The notes beneath the pieces are model-generated. The model ran no database searches and was not told the origin of the DNA. It saw only the letters and a list, made by a program, of their open reading frames with translations. The position numbers were made by a program, and so were the translations under genes. 25,650 nucleotides of DNA from a virus (lineage: Duplodnaviria > Caudoviricetes), in the IMG/VR virus record IMGVR_UViG_3300033182_000451, positions 1 through 25,650 of that record; one strand, 5' to 3'. Shown piece by piece: positions 14,938 through 24,742 of the stretch; positions within the stretch are counted from its first letter, which is position 1, and each line of letters starts with the position of its first letter.

Positions 14938-15274
14938 TAAGACATTTGAACCGACCGACGAGCAGCGCAAGCAAGTGGAGGCTATGAAAGGGTACGGTAT
15001 CCCCGAGCCTGACATCGCGCTCCTGATTATCAACCCTCGCACTGAGAAGCCCATAGCCCGTGAGACGCTACGCAAGCACTTCGCCTACGAGTTATCGGTA
15101 GGCAACGCCAAGGCAAACGCCAAGGTGGCTCAGTCGCTGTATCAGCAGGCGACAGACGGAAAGAACACCACGGCGGCGATTTGGTGGACCAAGACCCGCA
15201 TGGGGTGGAAAGAGACGCAGAACCTGGAACACAGCGGCAAGGTGGACGTGGGTTGGTTGCCACCCCAAGCGTAA
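14930..15274 (+). CDS. terS: Terminase small subunit
   Basis: TLRKHF.EL..G.AKANAKVAQSLY..A...TAAIWWTKTRMGWKE; immediately upstream of TerL. Confidence 0.8.
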   Translation: MPNKTFEPTDEQRKQVEAMKGYGIPEPDIALLIINPRTEKPIARETLRKHFAYELSVGNAKANAKVAQSLYQQATDGKNTTAAIWWTKTRMGWKETQNLEHSGKVDVGWLPPQA

Positions 15275-16518
15275 GGATCCAGTATGCGCCGCGCGCTCAG
15301 TTAATGCCGGTGCATGAATCGGACAAGAGATACGGCGTTATTGTAGCGCACAGACGCGCCGGTAAGACGGTGGCATGTATCAACCACCTGCTCCGCGCCG
15401 CGCTGACGTGTGCCGAGAAGAACCCTCGCTTTGCCTATGTCGCACCTCACTACAACCAAGCGAAAGACATTGCCTGGGAGTACCTGAAGGAATACGCGGC
15501 CCCTGTTCTTGAATACGGCGGACAGATCAATGAATCCGAACTTAGGGTGGACCTACCCAACGGCGGGCGGGTTCGACTGTACGGTGCCGACAACTACAAC
15601 AGACTGCGCGGACTATACTTTGACGGCATTGTGCTGGACGAGTACGCGGACATGGACCCCCGCATATGGGAGGTTGTTAGACCGGCCCTGTCAGACCGGG
15701 AAGGCTGGTGCATCTGGATTGGCACGCCCAAGGGTCACAATGCGTTCTACGACCTTTGGCAGCGCGCGCAGCGAGAGGATGATTGGTTCGGCCTAGAGTT
15801 AAAGGCTAGCAAGACCGGCATTCTGAACGATAAGGAACTTGAGGACGCCAAGCGGGAACTTACCGCAGACCAATACGCCCAGGAATATGAATGCAGCTTT
15901 GAGGCGGCTATTCTTGGGGCGTACTACGGCGAAGAGATGAAGGCCGCCGAAGCGGAGGACCGCATAGGCACGGTTCGCTATGACCGGGCGCTAGAGGTTC
16001 ATACGGCCTGGGACCTTGGCATAGGTGACAGCACCGCCATTTGGTTTGTGCAGCAGGTCGGCAACGAAGTCCGGGTGATTGACTATCTGGAAGGCTCCGG
16101 TGTCGGCCTCGATTGGTACGCCAAGGAACTCAAGGGTAAGCCATACGTCTACGGGCAGCACATCCTACCGCATGACGTGGACGTGAAAGAGTTAGGCACC
16201 GGCAAGTCCCGCAAGGAAGTCCTGGCGAGTTTGGGTATCAAGGTAGACGTTGCGCCAAAACTGCCGGTGGATGATGGAATACAGCAGGCCAGGCTTTTGC
16301 TGAGCCGTTGCTGGTTTGACCGCGACAACTGCGAACGCGGCATTGAAGCGCTGAAGCAATATCGGCGCGAATACGACGAAAAGAACAAGGCATTTAAGGT
16401 GCGGCCTCTGCATGATTGGACAAGTCACGCGGCGGACGCCTTCCGCTACTTAGCGGTTGGGCTGCAAGAGAAGCAGCAATTCGTAGACATTCCTATGAAC
16501 GTGGATTGGGTAGCATGA
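15253..16518 (+). CDS. terL: Terminase large subunit
   Basis: Walker A AHRRAGKT, Walker B IVLDEY, GTPKG, and nuclease WDLG / SHAADAFRY. Start placed at TTG 15253. Confidence 0.95.
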   Translation: MVATPSVRIQYAPRAQLMPVHESDKRYGVIVAHRRAGKTVACINHLLRAALTCAEKNPRFAYVAPHYNQAKDIAWEYLKEYAAPVLEYGGQINESELRVDLPNGGRVRLYGADNYNRLRGLYFDGIVLDEYADMDPRIWEVVRPALSDREGWCIWIGTPKGHNAFYDLWQRAQREDDWFGLELKASKTGILNDKELEDAKRELTADQYAQEYECSFEAAILGAYYGEEMKAAEAEDRIGTVRYDRALEVHTAWDLGIGDSTAIWFVQQVGNEVRVIDYLEGSGVGLDWYAKELKGKPYVYGQHILPHDVDVKELGTGKSRKEVLASLGIKVDVAPKLPVDDGIQQARLLLSRCWFDRDNCERGIEALKQYRREYDEKNKAFKVRPLHDWTSHAADAFRYLAVGLQEKQQFVDIPMNVDWVA

Positions 16519-16739
16519 ACACAAGAGCAAGCTATACCGGGCTGGCTGACGGCCTGAACACTGAATACAAGGACAAGGTCAAGCGCCAGAGCGAGGCGTG
16601 GCACTTCCGCAGCGGCACAACGCTTTATGAGGACGTAAAGGACCTCAAGAGCGCTGAAGTGCGCAAGGTGCTGAAGTTCCTGAAGGACCCTGAGACACGG
16701 GCGGGAACGTATAGGGTGTCGGCAATCCTTCGCGCCTGA
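16515..16739 (+). CDS. Hypothetical 74-aa protein between TerL and portal
   Basis: ATGA overlap with the terL stop and TGATG overlap with the portal start. Confidence 0.65.
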   Translation: MNTRASYTGLADGLNTEYKDKVKRQSEAWHFRSGTTLYEDVKDLKSAEVRKVLKFLKDPETRAGTYRVSAILRA

Positions 16740-18949
16740 TGAACGAAATGTCCCGCGTGCCCGAGGCTGAAGAAGCAAGTAATGTTTCCGAGGCCGGGGA
16801 GGGCATGTCTGAAGACCAACTCAAGCAGCTTCTTTCGACTGAGATTGAAGACGGCCTGAGTTACATCTACCAGACAGAAAATATCGCCCCGGAGCGTGAG
16901 CGCAATTATAACTACTACCGAGGGCGCATGGATGACCTGCCCGCCCCACCGGGACGCTCACAGATCACAGACCGGGCGGTCAGCACCTACATCGATATGA
17001 TGGTGCCGAGCCTGATGCGGATATTCACCGCAGGGCAGAACATCGTAGAATATGAGCCGGTTGGGGATGAGGATGAGCAGGTTGCCGACCTCATTACGCA
17101 GTACGTCAACGAAGTGGTGTTCCGCAAGGACAACAACGGAGAGACACTGCTCTACGATTGGATATGGGACAGCCTGGTAAGCAAGGTTGGCGTCATCAAG
17201 GCAGTATGGCGGGAGGACTTTGAGACCAAGGAAGAGACTTACGAAGGGTTAAGCGACCAAGAGTACGAGCAAATCCTACTGGCTGTTGAGAACAGCGAAG
17301 ACCTACAGATTACAGCACTCGGCGAAGAGACTGTTGAGGCAGAGGGTGTTGACCCACTGACCGGCCTGCCCGCCGTAATGGTACAGACAACCCATGACGT
17401 GACGGTAGAGCGTAAAATAAACCGCTCCCGCATTCACATGGAAGTGCTGACCGATGATGAGTTTGTCATCAGCCGGGATGCCCGCTCGCTTGAGGAGGCT
17501 GTTCTAGTCTCTCACCGGACCTACATCCGCGCCGGTGACTTGGTCGACGAAGGCTATGACCGTGAGATGGTTGACCGCCTGCCCACGTACTATGAACACC
17601 GCTACCGCCGCACGCAGCGCGAGGATGAGGGATACTTTAACGAGCGCAACCGGACGGACTCTGCCGACCCGATGCTGCGTGAGGTTCTTATCCACGAAGG
17701 AATTGTAAAATGCGATTGGGACGGGACAGGCGTCAAAGAGTGGTACTTCAAATGCGGAGGTGACTCCAATCTCGTTGAGGTTCTGGATATGGAGCCCTAC
17801 GAATGCCAAGTGGTCTTTGCCGACCTGTGCCCGCAGCCTATTCCAGGCCTGTTCTGGGGTGAGTGTCCTGCCGACCGATTGGTGGAAATCCAGAAGGTTG
17901 AGACCGTCCTCAAGCGCCAGCTTTTGGATAACGTCTACCTGCACAATTCTCCGCAGCGCGAGGTGGTTTTTGACTGGCTGGTAAATCCCCAGCAATTAAG
18001 CAACATGGCCCCAGGTGCGCCGGTTTACGTCAAGCAGCCGGGCGCTGTGCGTGAAATACAAATTCCGTTTATCGGCGGGGCTGTGCTTCCGCTGATTGAA
18101 CACTTTGACACCGAGGCAGAGGGCCGCACAGGGGTCTCCCGCTCCGCTATGGGTCTGGACCCTGACACGCTGCAAAACCAGTCCGCGACGGCGGCAAATA
18201 TCGCCTTCAGCGCGTCGCAGGGCAAGGTTGAACTGATTGCCCGCCTGTATGCGTCTGGGGGCATGAGAAAGCTATTCCGTGGCATTCTCAAGATGCTTAT
18301 ACGCTACCAGGACTACGCCCGTGTGGTTCGGTTGAACGGACAGGCCCAAGCTATTGACCCGCGAGAGTGGGAAGCGTTCGGGGATATGGACGTATCCATC
18401 AACACCGGCTTGGGAACGGGCAACCGGGACCGTGACGCGGCGTTCATGGATCAAGTCATTGGGGAAATCAAAGACCTGATTATGCAATACGGGCCGAATA
18501 ACCCGATTGCCGGTATCAATGAATACGTTGAGGCGGCCAACATGGGCATGGAAGCCCGTGGCCTGAAGAAAATGAAGCTGTTTAAGAGTCCGCCTGAGAA
18601 CTGGCCACCGCCTCAAGAGCCAAGCCAAGACCCGAAAATGCTTGAACTACAACAGAAGGCACAAGAGTCGCAGGCCAAGCTACAGCTTGAGACGCAGAAG
18701 GCGCAGGCACAGCTTGAACTGGAGCGCGCCAAGTCTGCCGAGCAAATCCGCATAGCGCAGGAAGTCGAACAGGCGAAGCTACAGACCGCTTTACAAGAGG
18801 TTGAGCGCAAGCACGCGCTGGAAGTCGAAAAGATGGAGCGCGAGTACCAACTAAAATGGACCGAGTTGGAGAAAGAGGCGGAACTTGAGTTGATTGCCAT
18901 TCGAACCAAGGCCGCATCCGGCAACGGCCAGATTCCGAACGAGCGGTAA
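16739..18949 (+). CDS. Portal protein (P22-like, with C-terminal coiled-coil barrel)
   Basis: 736 aa after TerL. YYRG...GRSQI, PSLMRIF, RQLLDNVY, GRTGVS and a Q/E/K-rich helical C-terminus. Confidence 0.92.
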   Translation: MNEMSRVPEAEEASNVSEAGEGMSEDQLKQLLSTEIEDGLSYIYQTENIAPERERNYNYYRGRMDDLPAPPGRSQITDRAVSTYIDMMVPSLMRIFTAGQNIVEYEPVGDEDEQVADLITQYVNEVVFRKDNNGETLLYDWIWDSLVSKVGVIKAVWREDFETKEETYEGLSDQEYEQILLAVENSEDLQITALGEETVEAEGVDPLTGLPAVMVQTTHDVTVERKINRSRIHMEVLTDDEFVISRDARSLEEAVLVSHRTYIRAGDLVDEGYDREMVDRLPTYYEHRYRRTQREDEGYFNERNRTDSADPMLREVLIHEGIVKCDWDGTGVKEWYFKCGGDSNLVEVLDMEPYECQVVFADLCPQPIPGLFWGECPADRLVEIQKVETVLKRQLLDNVYLHNSPQREVVFDWLVNPQQLSNMAPGAPVYVKQPGAVREIQIPFIGGAVLPLIEHFDTEAEGRTGVSRSAMGLDPDTLQNQSATAANIAFSASQGKVELIARLYASGGMRKLFRGILKMLIRYQDYARVVRLNGQAQAIDPREWEAFGDMDVSINTGLGTGNRDRDAAFMDQVIGEIKDLIMQYGPNNPIAGINEYVEAANMGMEARGLKKMKLFKSPPENWPPPQEPSQDPKMLELQQKAQESQAKLQLETQKAQAQLELERAKSAEQIRIAQEVEQAKLQTALQEVERKHALEVEKMEREYQLKWTELEKEAELELIAIRTKAASGNGQIPNER

Positions 18950-18950
18950 A

Positions 18951-19946
18951 ATGCCCATTCTAGGACGCGACTCAAGGGCGCACTTGCTAGGCATGGCTCG
19001 GCAGTACATACCGCCAGGGACCAGAGAGCAGTTTGCACCCCTTGGAAACCTACTGAATGCGGGTGCACGGGCTGTTGTGGAAAACCCCGTAGGTTCCGCG
19101 TTAATGGCAATGGACTACGTTGGACCCGCTGCTGACGTTAAAGACATGCGGAACTACAGTGCCGCAACCATGGACGAACTAAGGCAGGGCAACTACGGAC
19201 TCGCCTTGGCGAACCTTGGCATGACGGGCGCAGCACTGGCCATGACGGCGCTGCCTGGAAGCGTTGGCGCTGTTGATGATGCGATTAAGGGTGCTGCCAA
19301 GAAAGCGGACGAACTCCCCATGGACACAGCCTCCCGTATGAAGCGGGCGGAAGAGATGGGGTTTGATATTGATGCTTATAAGGGAGGCTCCCCTTATGAT
19401 TCAGCCTCGCTGCCGATATACAAATACCCTGGCGGCATAAAAACGCATGTTAAAGGGACCGGAGAGAGTCCAATAGAAATTGATAGCTTTAGCGCGAAAG
19501 CTGCTGATATTGAAGGGTATGTCGGAAAAGGGGGCAGCTACTCCGGGTTTTTCTCTGACAGAAAGGATGTGGCCAACAAATTTGCAGAGTTAGGTGGCGC
19601 AGTTTTCCCTGTGAAACTAAGGTTTGATAACCCTTTGGTGATTGATGCTAAGGGAGAGAATTATGCCGGTGAGTTTCAGTTCATAGATAGGGCTAAGGCC
19701 GCTGGTAAGGAAAAGGAATGGAACCAGATTGCAGAAGTCCTGAGAAAAGATGGAGCGCATGACGGAGTGATAATTAAGAACACTATAGATGAGGGTACTG
19801 TGTACGTTCCGAAAAAGGGGAGGCAGTCTCGGTCCCGTCACGCCGAGTTTGACCCTGCAAAGAAGGACAGCGCAAACCTCCTAGCCGGTGTAGGCGGGGC
19901 CGGACTACTTGGACTCGGTTTAACTCAGAGAGAAGATGAATACTGA
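18951..19946 (+). CDS. Putative ADP-ribosyltransferase-fold (ART-PolyVal-like) protein with a hydrophobic N-terminal region
   Basis: LPMDTASRMKRAEEMGFD..AYKG, GFFSD...ANKFA, VFPVKL..DNPLVIDAKG, HDGVIIKN and RSRHAEFDP motifs. Start reassigned to ATG 18951. Confidence 0.65.
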   Translation: MPILGRDSRAHLLGMARQYIPPGTREQFAPLGNLLNAGARAVVENPVGSALMAMDYVGPAADVKDMRNYSAATMDELRQGNYGLALANLGMTGAALAMTALPGSVGAVDDAIKGAAKKADELPMDTASRMKRAEEMGFDIDAYKGGSPYDSASLPIYKYPGGIKTHVKGTGESPIEIDSFSAKAADIEGYVGKGGSYSGFFSDRKDVANKFAELGGAVFPVKLRFDNPLVIDAKGENYAGEFQFIDRAKAAGKEKEWNQIAEVLRKDGAHDGVIIKNTIDEGTVYVPKKGRQSRSRHAEFDPAKKDSANLLAGVGGAGLLGLGLTQREDEY

Positions 19947-20211
19947 TCTAAACGCCGCAGAACGCGCCCAGTGGGCGAAGGATGCTTTGAACAACCCTGT
20001 GTTTGCAGAGGCACTTGAACTTGCCAAGCAAGCCTACAACGCAGGGGCAATGAATTGTGACGCCAAGGATGACCTTGGCCGCTTTCGCTACATAGAAGCG
20101 CAGAAAGTGGTAGAGGCTGTCGAGCGTCACTTAAAGGCTGTTATTGCTTCCGGCGAAATGCCGAAAGTAGAACAGGAGTTTGAACGGAAAGGAATAATCC
20201 CCAGGTTCTAA
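19936..20211 (+). CDS. Conserved small head-module protein preceding the scaffold
   Basis: ERAQWAKDALNNPVFAEA motif; position between portal and scaffold. Confidence 0.7.
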   Translation: MNTDLNAAERAQWAKDALNNPVFAEALELAKQAYNAGAMNCDAKDDLGRFRYIEAQKVVEAVERHLKAVIASGEMPKVEQEFERKGIIPRF

Positions 20212-20220
20212 CTCATAGCA

Positions 20221-20234
20221 GCGCTGTGAAGCGC
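20221..20234 (+). promoter_or_regulatory. GNRA-tetraloop hairpin in the scaffold leader
   Basis: GCGCT-GTGA-AGCGC in the 51-nt intergenic gap before the scaffold ATG. Confidence 0.5.
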
Positions 20235-20262
20235 CGCCCCTCCCTTAGATGGAACTTAAAAC

Positions 20263-21303
20263 ATGTCTGACACCACCACCTTGCCCTCTGGCGAGAGTGC
20301 TCTGTCTGTTAGCGAAGCGGTTGCGCAAATGCGTGCCGGTCGTGAGCAAGCGGCCTCTCAAGATGAGGAGCGCAACGAATTTTCCGAAGCGGCCCGGAAG
20401 TTAAACCAAGCCAAGGCTGCAAAGCGTCAACAGCAGGAGCAACCTGAAGAGGACTCCGAGGACGTTGTTGACGAAGAAGACTACGAAACTGAGGAAACTC
20501 AGGACGATGAAGCCGAAGAGTCCGAAGAGGACTTTGAGGAAGATCAGGCCGAAGAAGACGACGGAGAATCCGAAGGCGAGGACGAAGAACCGACTGCCAT
20601 TGAGGTAGACGGCAAACTTTGGACCGCTGACGAGATCAAGTCCGGCGCAATGATGCAGGCCGACTACACGCGGAAGACGCAGCAACTTGCCCAGCAGGCC
20701 AAGGCGTTTGAAGCGGAAACACTGCAGCGTTTGCAAAAACTCGATGAACTGCTAACGACATTTCAGCCGGACCCAGAGCCGGACTGGACTAAAGAGGCGA
20801 TGGAAGACCCTGACTGGCAACTGCGTAAATTGCAGTACGACCAGCAACAGGCAAAGCGCAAAGAGGCGCTTGAAATCCTACGCAATCACCAAGAGCAAGG
20901 TCTACGCCAAGCCCAGCAGGCGACCGTTCAAGAACTTACGGGCGGCGACTACAACCCGGATTGGAAAGACCCTAACAAGTTCCAAAACGACCTCGGCGAT
21001 ATTGAAGCCTATGCCCTGAAACTCGGGGCAACGCCTGAAGACGTGGCTGCGTTCTACCAGCCTTGGCACATCAAGGTTTTCGACAAGGCCATGAGGTACG
21101 ACCAACGGAACGGCAAGCTGGACACAGCCAAGAAGAAGGTTGTCAACAAGCCCAAGCCGGTGAAGTCCAAGTCTCGTTCAGGTCTCAAGAGTGGAGTCAG
21201 TCGGGCAATCGAGCGGGCGCAAGCTGCGTTCAATGAAAACCCGTCGATTGAGAACGGCAAGGCGCTCATGCGGGCGCAGCGCCAATCTCAACGCAAATCC
21301 TGA
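20263..21303 (+). CDS. Capsid scaffolding protein
   Basis: Acidic N-terminal region, VDG...MMQADYTRKTQQLA motif, basic C-terminus; directly upstream of the capsid gene. Confidence 0.88.
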   Translation: MSDTTTLPSGESALSVSEAVAQMRAGREQAASQDEERNEFSEAARKLNQAKAAKRQQQEQPEEDSEDVVDEEDYETEETQDDEAEESEEDFEEDQAEEDDGESEGEDEEPTAIEVDGKLWTADEIKSGAMMQADYTRKTQQLAQQAKAFEAETLQRLQKLDELLTTFQPDPEPDWTKEAMEDPDWQLRKLQYDQQQAKRKEALEILRNHQEQGLRQAQQATVQELTGGDYNPDWKDPNKFQNDLGDIEAYALKLGATPEDVAAFYQPWHIKVFDKAMRYDQRNGKLDTAKKKVVNKPKPVKSKSRSGLKSGVSRAIERAQAAFNENPSIENGKALMRAQRQSQRKS

Positions 21304-21321
21304 TCTTAGAAAGGAGCCGAC

Positions 21322-22320
21322 ATGGCTATTCAAACTAACTCGCAAAACACCTTTGCGCAGGTCGGTATTCGTGAAGACCTCGCAAATATGGTCTATCGGA
21401 TTGACCCGGAGGAAACTCCGTTCCAGTCCAACATCTCCACGAAGGGTCGCGCCAAGCAGCGCTACACCGAGTGGCAGATTCAAGAACTGGCTTCCCCGTC
21501 GTTGACCAACTTCCAACTGGAAGGTGACGATAACATCAGCGCAACTGCGGCAACGGCCCGTTCACGGATCGGCAACCGCACCGCGATCTCCTACAAGGTT
21601 TTCTCGGTCACTACGACCGCGCAGGCTGTGGACGTTGCCGGTGTGGATGACGAAATGGACGAACAGCGCTTGCTGAAAGGCATTGAGCTGAAGCGTGATA
21701 TGGAGGTCATCCTGCTTAACAACAACAAGCAGGAAACAGGCGGCACGGCTACGGTGACGGAATGTGCGGGTCTCCCGACCTTCATTACCAACACCGACTT
21801 CACCGGGGCTTCTCTGTACTCGGCTGCTACGGGTGACGGCACGGATGCGTGGAACCTTGCAGGCACCACGACCCGCGCTCTGTCGCTGACCATCATGAAT
21901 GGCGCTTTGAAAGAAGCGTACATTGACGGTGGTTCTCCGAAGCAGGTCATGCTCTCGCCTGACAAGAAGATTGACTTCTCCGGCCTCGCGCTGGCTTCGT
22001 CCATCTCAGGCGCGGCTCAAGTCCGCCAGGTCATCAGCCCGACCAAAAAGGCCGCGATTGTCGGCTGCGTTGAGTCGTGGCTGTCAGACTTTGGCGACCT
22101 TGGCGTGACCATCAACCGTCAAATGGCGTCAGACACCTCGTTCTTGGATAACACGGTCTTCTTGATTGATCCCAAGTACGCGGAAGTGGTGTTCCTTGAA
22201 GGCATGCAGACTCGCCCGTTGGCGACCACCGGCCTTGCCGACAAGGAGATGGTGTTTGCTTCGTATTCCTTGAAAGTGGGCGCACCACGCGCTCACGCGG
22301 CTTTGTTTGCCCTGTCGTAA
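21322..22320 (+). CDS. Major capsid protein (SU10/DUF5309-like)
   Basis: GIREDLANMVYRIDPEETPF, EGDD, ELKRDME, SDFG and PLATTG motifs. Confidence 0.92.
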   Translation: MAIQTNSQNTFAQVGIREDLANMVYRIDPEETPFQSNISTKGRAKQRYTEWQIQELASPSLTNFQLEGDDNISATAATARSRIGNRTAISYKVFSVTTTAQAVDVAGVDDEMDEQRLLKGIELKRDMEVILLNNNKQETGGTATVTECAGLPTFITNTDFTGASLYSAATGDGTDAWNLAGTTTRALSLTIMNGALKEAYIDGGSPKQVMLSPDKKIDFSGLALASSISGAAQVRQVISPTKKAAIVGCVESWLSDFGDLGVTINRQMASDTSFLDNTVFLIDPKYAEVVFLEGMQTRPLATTGLADKEMVFASYSLKVGAPRAHAALFALS

Positions 22321-22330
22321 TTGAGGGGAT

Positions 22331-22361
22331 GGAGTGGGGGCTTCGGCCCCCCTCCTTTTTT
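22331..22361 (+). terminator. Intrinsic terminator after the capsid gene
   Basis: GGAG(T)GGGGGC-TTCG-GCCCCCCTCC followed by TTTTTT. Confidence 0.85.
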
Positions 22362-22364
22362 CAC

Positions 22365-22811
22365 ATGCAAGTATTCGTTCAAGAAACTGACCAGAGCGTT
22401 ATTGGTTCGCAGCATCCCCAACTGCCGGGATATAAGCTGGTTAAGAAAGACCGCTACGAGTCCCTCTATACCAAGGTGGACCCGATCACCCGGACAGGCT
22501 CTTACCTACACATCAATCGCGTCACGAGAGAGATAACGGCGGGCAAGGTCATGGACCCTGCCGTGGCCAAGGCTGTGGTTGAGTTGAACAAAGAAAAGCA
22601 AAACAGCTTTGACGGCTACCGGGGAAAGCAGATGGTCCAGCAATTTGCTGTGCCTGAGATGATTGACCAGCAGTTAAAGCAACAGTCTGGCCTTGAAGAG
22701 CGAACGGGTCTTTACGACCGCAAGAAGTACCTCGCGCTCTTGGATGACTCCGACAACAAATATCTGAAGTCCGTTCCGCACAAGATCAGCGGGCGCAAGA
22801 GGGAAATTTAG
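22365..22811 (+). CDS. Hypothetical protein following the capsid gene
   Basis: Start placed at ATG 22365. C-terminal LLDDSDNKYLKS motif; typical post-capsid position. Confidence 0.7.
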   Translation: MQVFVQETDQSVIGSQHPQLPGYKLVKKDRYESLYTKVDPITRTGSYLHINRVTREITAGKVMDPAVAKAVVELNKEKQNSFDGYRGKQMVQQFAVPEMIDQQLKQQSGLEERTGLYDRKKYLALLDDSDNKYLKSVPHKISGRKREI

Positions 22812-23492
22812 ATGGCCGTTGACTCCTACGCCAAGCTGCAAAGCCACATAGCGGATACGATCAACCGCGATGACTTGAGCGACAGCGTAACGGCGTTTTC
22901 TCCTGCCTCATTGGACTCAACCATTGTCCGCATGATTGCCCAGGCGGAAGAGCGGGTTGAGCATGACATCATCGCCCGTGGCGGCATTAGCTACATGGAA
23001 ACGGTGGACAACAGCTTGACAGCAACGGCGGGGACGGAAACCGTAGCCCTGCCGAGCGACTTTAAGCTAATCCGCACCTTTGCGATTACCTCAAACCCTT
23101 ATGTGGTTCTCCAGAACTATCCCGACATTAATAGCCTGTTTACGGACTACGCCTCCACGACCAACGGGCAACCCGTGGCCTACTCTGTTGTGGGAACATC
23201 AACGGCGTATCTGCGGCTTATTCCAGATGCCACCTATAACCTCCGCTTAGTCTACTACGCTGCTTTGTCCAAGCTATCGGACTCCAACACGTCCAACTGG
23301 CTTTTGACCAATGCTCTGGGTGTGTATGTGGCCGCGACCATGGTTGAGTTGTGCATGTACTTGGAGAGCAACCGTCTTCAGTTCTGGGAAGGTCTCTATA
23401 AGCAGAAACTCAACGACCTGATGAACGACGATCGGATGGTGCGGTACAACGGCACCCCGACCAAGCCCAGCCTACAGGTCGCCATTGCATGA
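22812..23492 (+). CDS. Head-tail adaptor / tail tubular A-like protein
   Basis: SYAKLQSHIAD..NRDDL, IAQAE, LPSDF, P.PDATY and TSNWLLTNA..VY motifs. Confidence 0.78.
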   Translation: MAVDSYAKLQSHIADTINRDDLSDSVTAFSPASLDSTIVRMIAQAEERVEHDIIARGGISYMETVDNSLTATAGTETVALPSDFKLIRTFAITSNPYVVLQNYPDINSLFTDYASTTNGQPVAYSVVGTSTAYLRLIPDATYNLRLVYYAALSKLSDSNTSNWLLTNALGVYVAATMVELCMYLESNRLQFWEGLYKQKLNDLMNDDRMVRYNGTPTKPSLQVAIA

Positions 23493-23710
23493 GGCTGATT
23501 AGCAATCGGCTGATTGATATTGAGAATTACATATCCCTGAAGCTGCAAGAGCCTGTGCGCTTGCCAGAGTTCACCGTGGCCAACTTGCCAACAGCTTCAG
23601 ACTACGACAACCGCGCCGTGATTGTCTCCGATGAGACAGGCGGGCGCACTATTGCAACATCAGATGGTTCGGACTGGCGAAGAGTCTCGGACGGTAATGT
23701 GGTAAGTTAA
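23489..23710 (+). CDS. Small tail-associated protein
   Basis: LPEFTVANLP...IVSDETGG...SDGSDWRRV motif, seen in phage tail modules. Confidence 0.6.
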   Translation: MRLISNRLIDIENYISLKLQEPVRLPEFTVANLPTASDYDNRAVIVSDETGGRTIATSDGSDWRRVSDGNVVS

Positions 23711-23712
23711 AT

Positions 23713-24414
23713 ATGGCAGATTCCGCAACAAGCCGATTTAAGGCACGCAAACAGTCCCTTGGCTCCAACGTCAACACATGGGGCGATGACAAGTTAAACG
23801 ACGTGCTTGACCTGTTCGACCGTGGCGGCAAGGGTTATCAGGCCGTTGCGCTTACAGGTGACGTGACGTGGACGTGGACGAACTATTCCACATCCAATGC
23901 GGGACAGGTGGCCATTGTTAAGTTCACTGGGTCTCTATCGTCTGCGGCTACTGTAACCGTTCCGTCAACGGAATGGGCTTGGTTGATGTGGAACGCGGCC
24001 GGAGCTGCGGTCACGGTTTCGACCTCTGCAGGTGCGGGCGTGACGCTGCAAAATGGCGACAGGGCTATTCTATACTGCGACGGCACGGACGTGGTGAGCA
24101 TCGCCCCAACATTGTTCCCAAGCGGCAATATCACCATCAGCGGCAAGATTGATGGACTGACAGCGGGCACGGCTTCAGGTGAGGCTGTTGAGTACGATCA
24201 GTTAAACGCTGCCATTGCTGCGGGCGGTGGTTCTGGTGCGGCAGACGGCACAGTGAAGATGGACGCCCTTGCCACGTCCGTTTACCTCAACTCCGCTGTG
24301 CTGGTTGATAGCAGCATGGCAAAGACAGACAACGGCGACACGATGACCCTTGCCGTTTCAACGCAGACACAATCTGACTTAGAAGCGGCATTAACAATAG
24401 CGATGAGTGCTTAA
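23713..24414 (+). CDS. Tail / tail-fibre proximal structural protein
   Basis: G.N.NTWG..LN..LDL.D N-terminus; Ser/Thr/Gly/Ala-rich; YCDGTDV motif. Confidence 0.65.
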   Translation: MADSATSRFKARKQSLGSNVNTWGDDKLNDVLDLFDRGGKGYQAVALTGDVTWTWTNYSTSNAGQVAIVKFTGSLSSAATVTVPSTEWAWLMWNAAGAAVTVSTSAGAGVTLQNGDRAILYCDGTDVVSIAPTLFPSGNITISGKIDGLTAGTASGEAVEYDQLNAAIAAGGGSGAADGTVKMDALATSVYLNSAVLVDSSMAKTDNGDTMTLAVSTQTQSDLEAALTIAMSA

Positions 24415-24415
24415 T

Positions 24416-24742
24416 ATGGCTTGGAAGAAACTAGGCGCGGCTGACTTGGCCGCAACCACGAATACCAGCGTTTACACGGTTCCTGCTTCGACAGAAGCCA
24501 TTGTCAACGTGAACATTGTAAACCGAAACGCCTCTGGAACCACACGCACGGTTCGCCTCGCTGTTGCTGAAAGTGGAACCCCAGGCGATGAGGATTGGAT
24601 TGAGTACGACCTTGAATTAGACGGTACTCAAGTCCTTGAACGCACCGGGATTCACCTAGCCGCGACAGAGGTTATTGTAGCCTATGCGTCCGGCTTGGAC
24701 GTTTCTGTAGTTGTCACCGGCAATGAACGGAGCACAAGCTAA
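24416..24742 (+). CDS. Virion structural beta-sandwich protein
   Basis: LGAADLAATTNTSVYTVP...VNIVNRN...IEYD...VLERTGI.L motif. Start placed at ATG 24416. Confidence 0.65.
   Translation: MAWKKLGAADLAATTNTSVYTVPASTEAIVNVNIVNRNASGTTRTVRLAVAESGTPGDEDWIEYDLELDGTQVLERTGIHLAATEVIVAYASGLDVSVVVTGNERSTS

Noticed and set aside
20440-20600. GAA/GAG/GAC-rich low-complexity tract
   Set aside because: Explained by the acidic region of the scaffolding protein.
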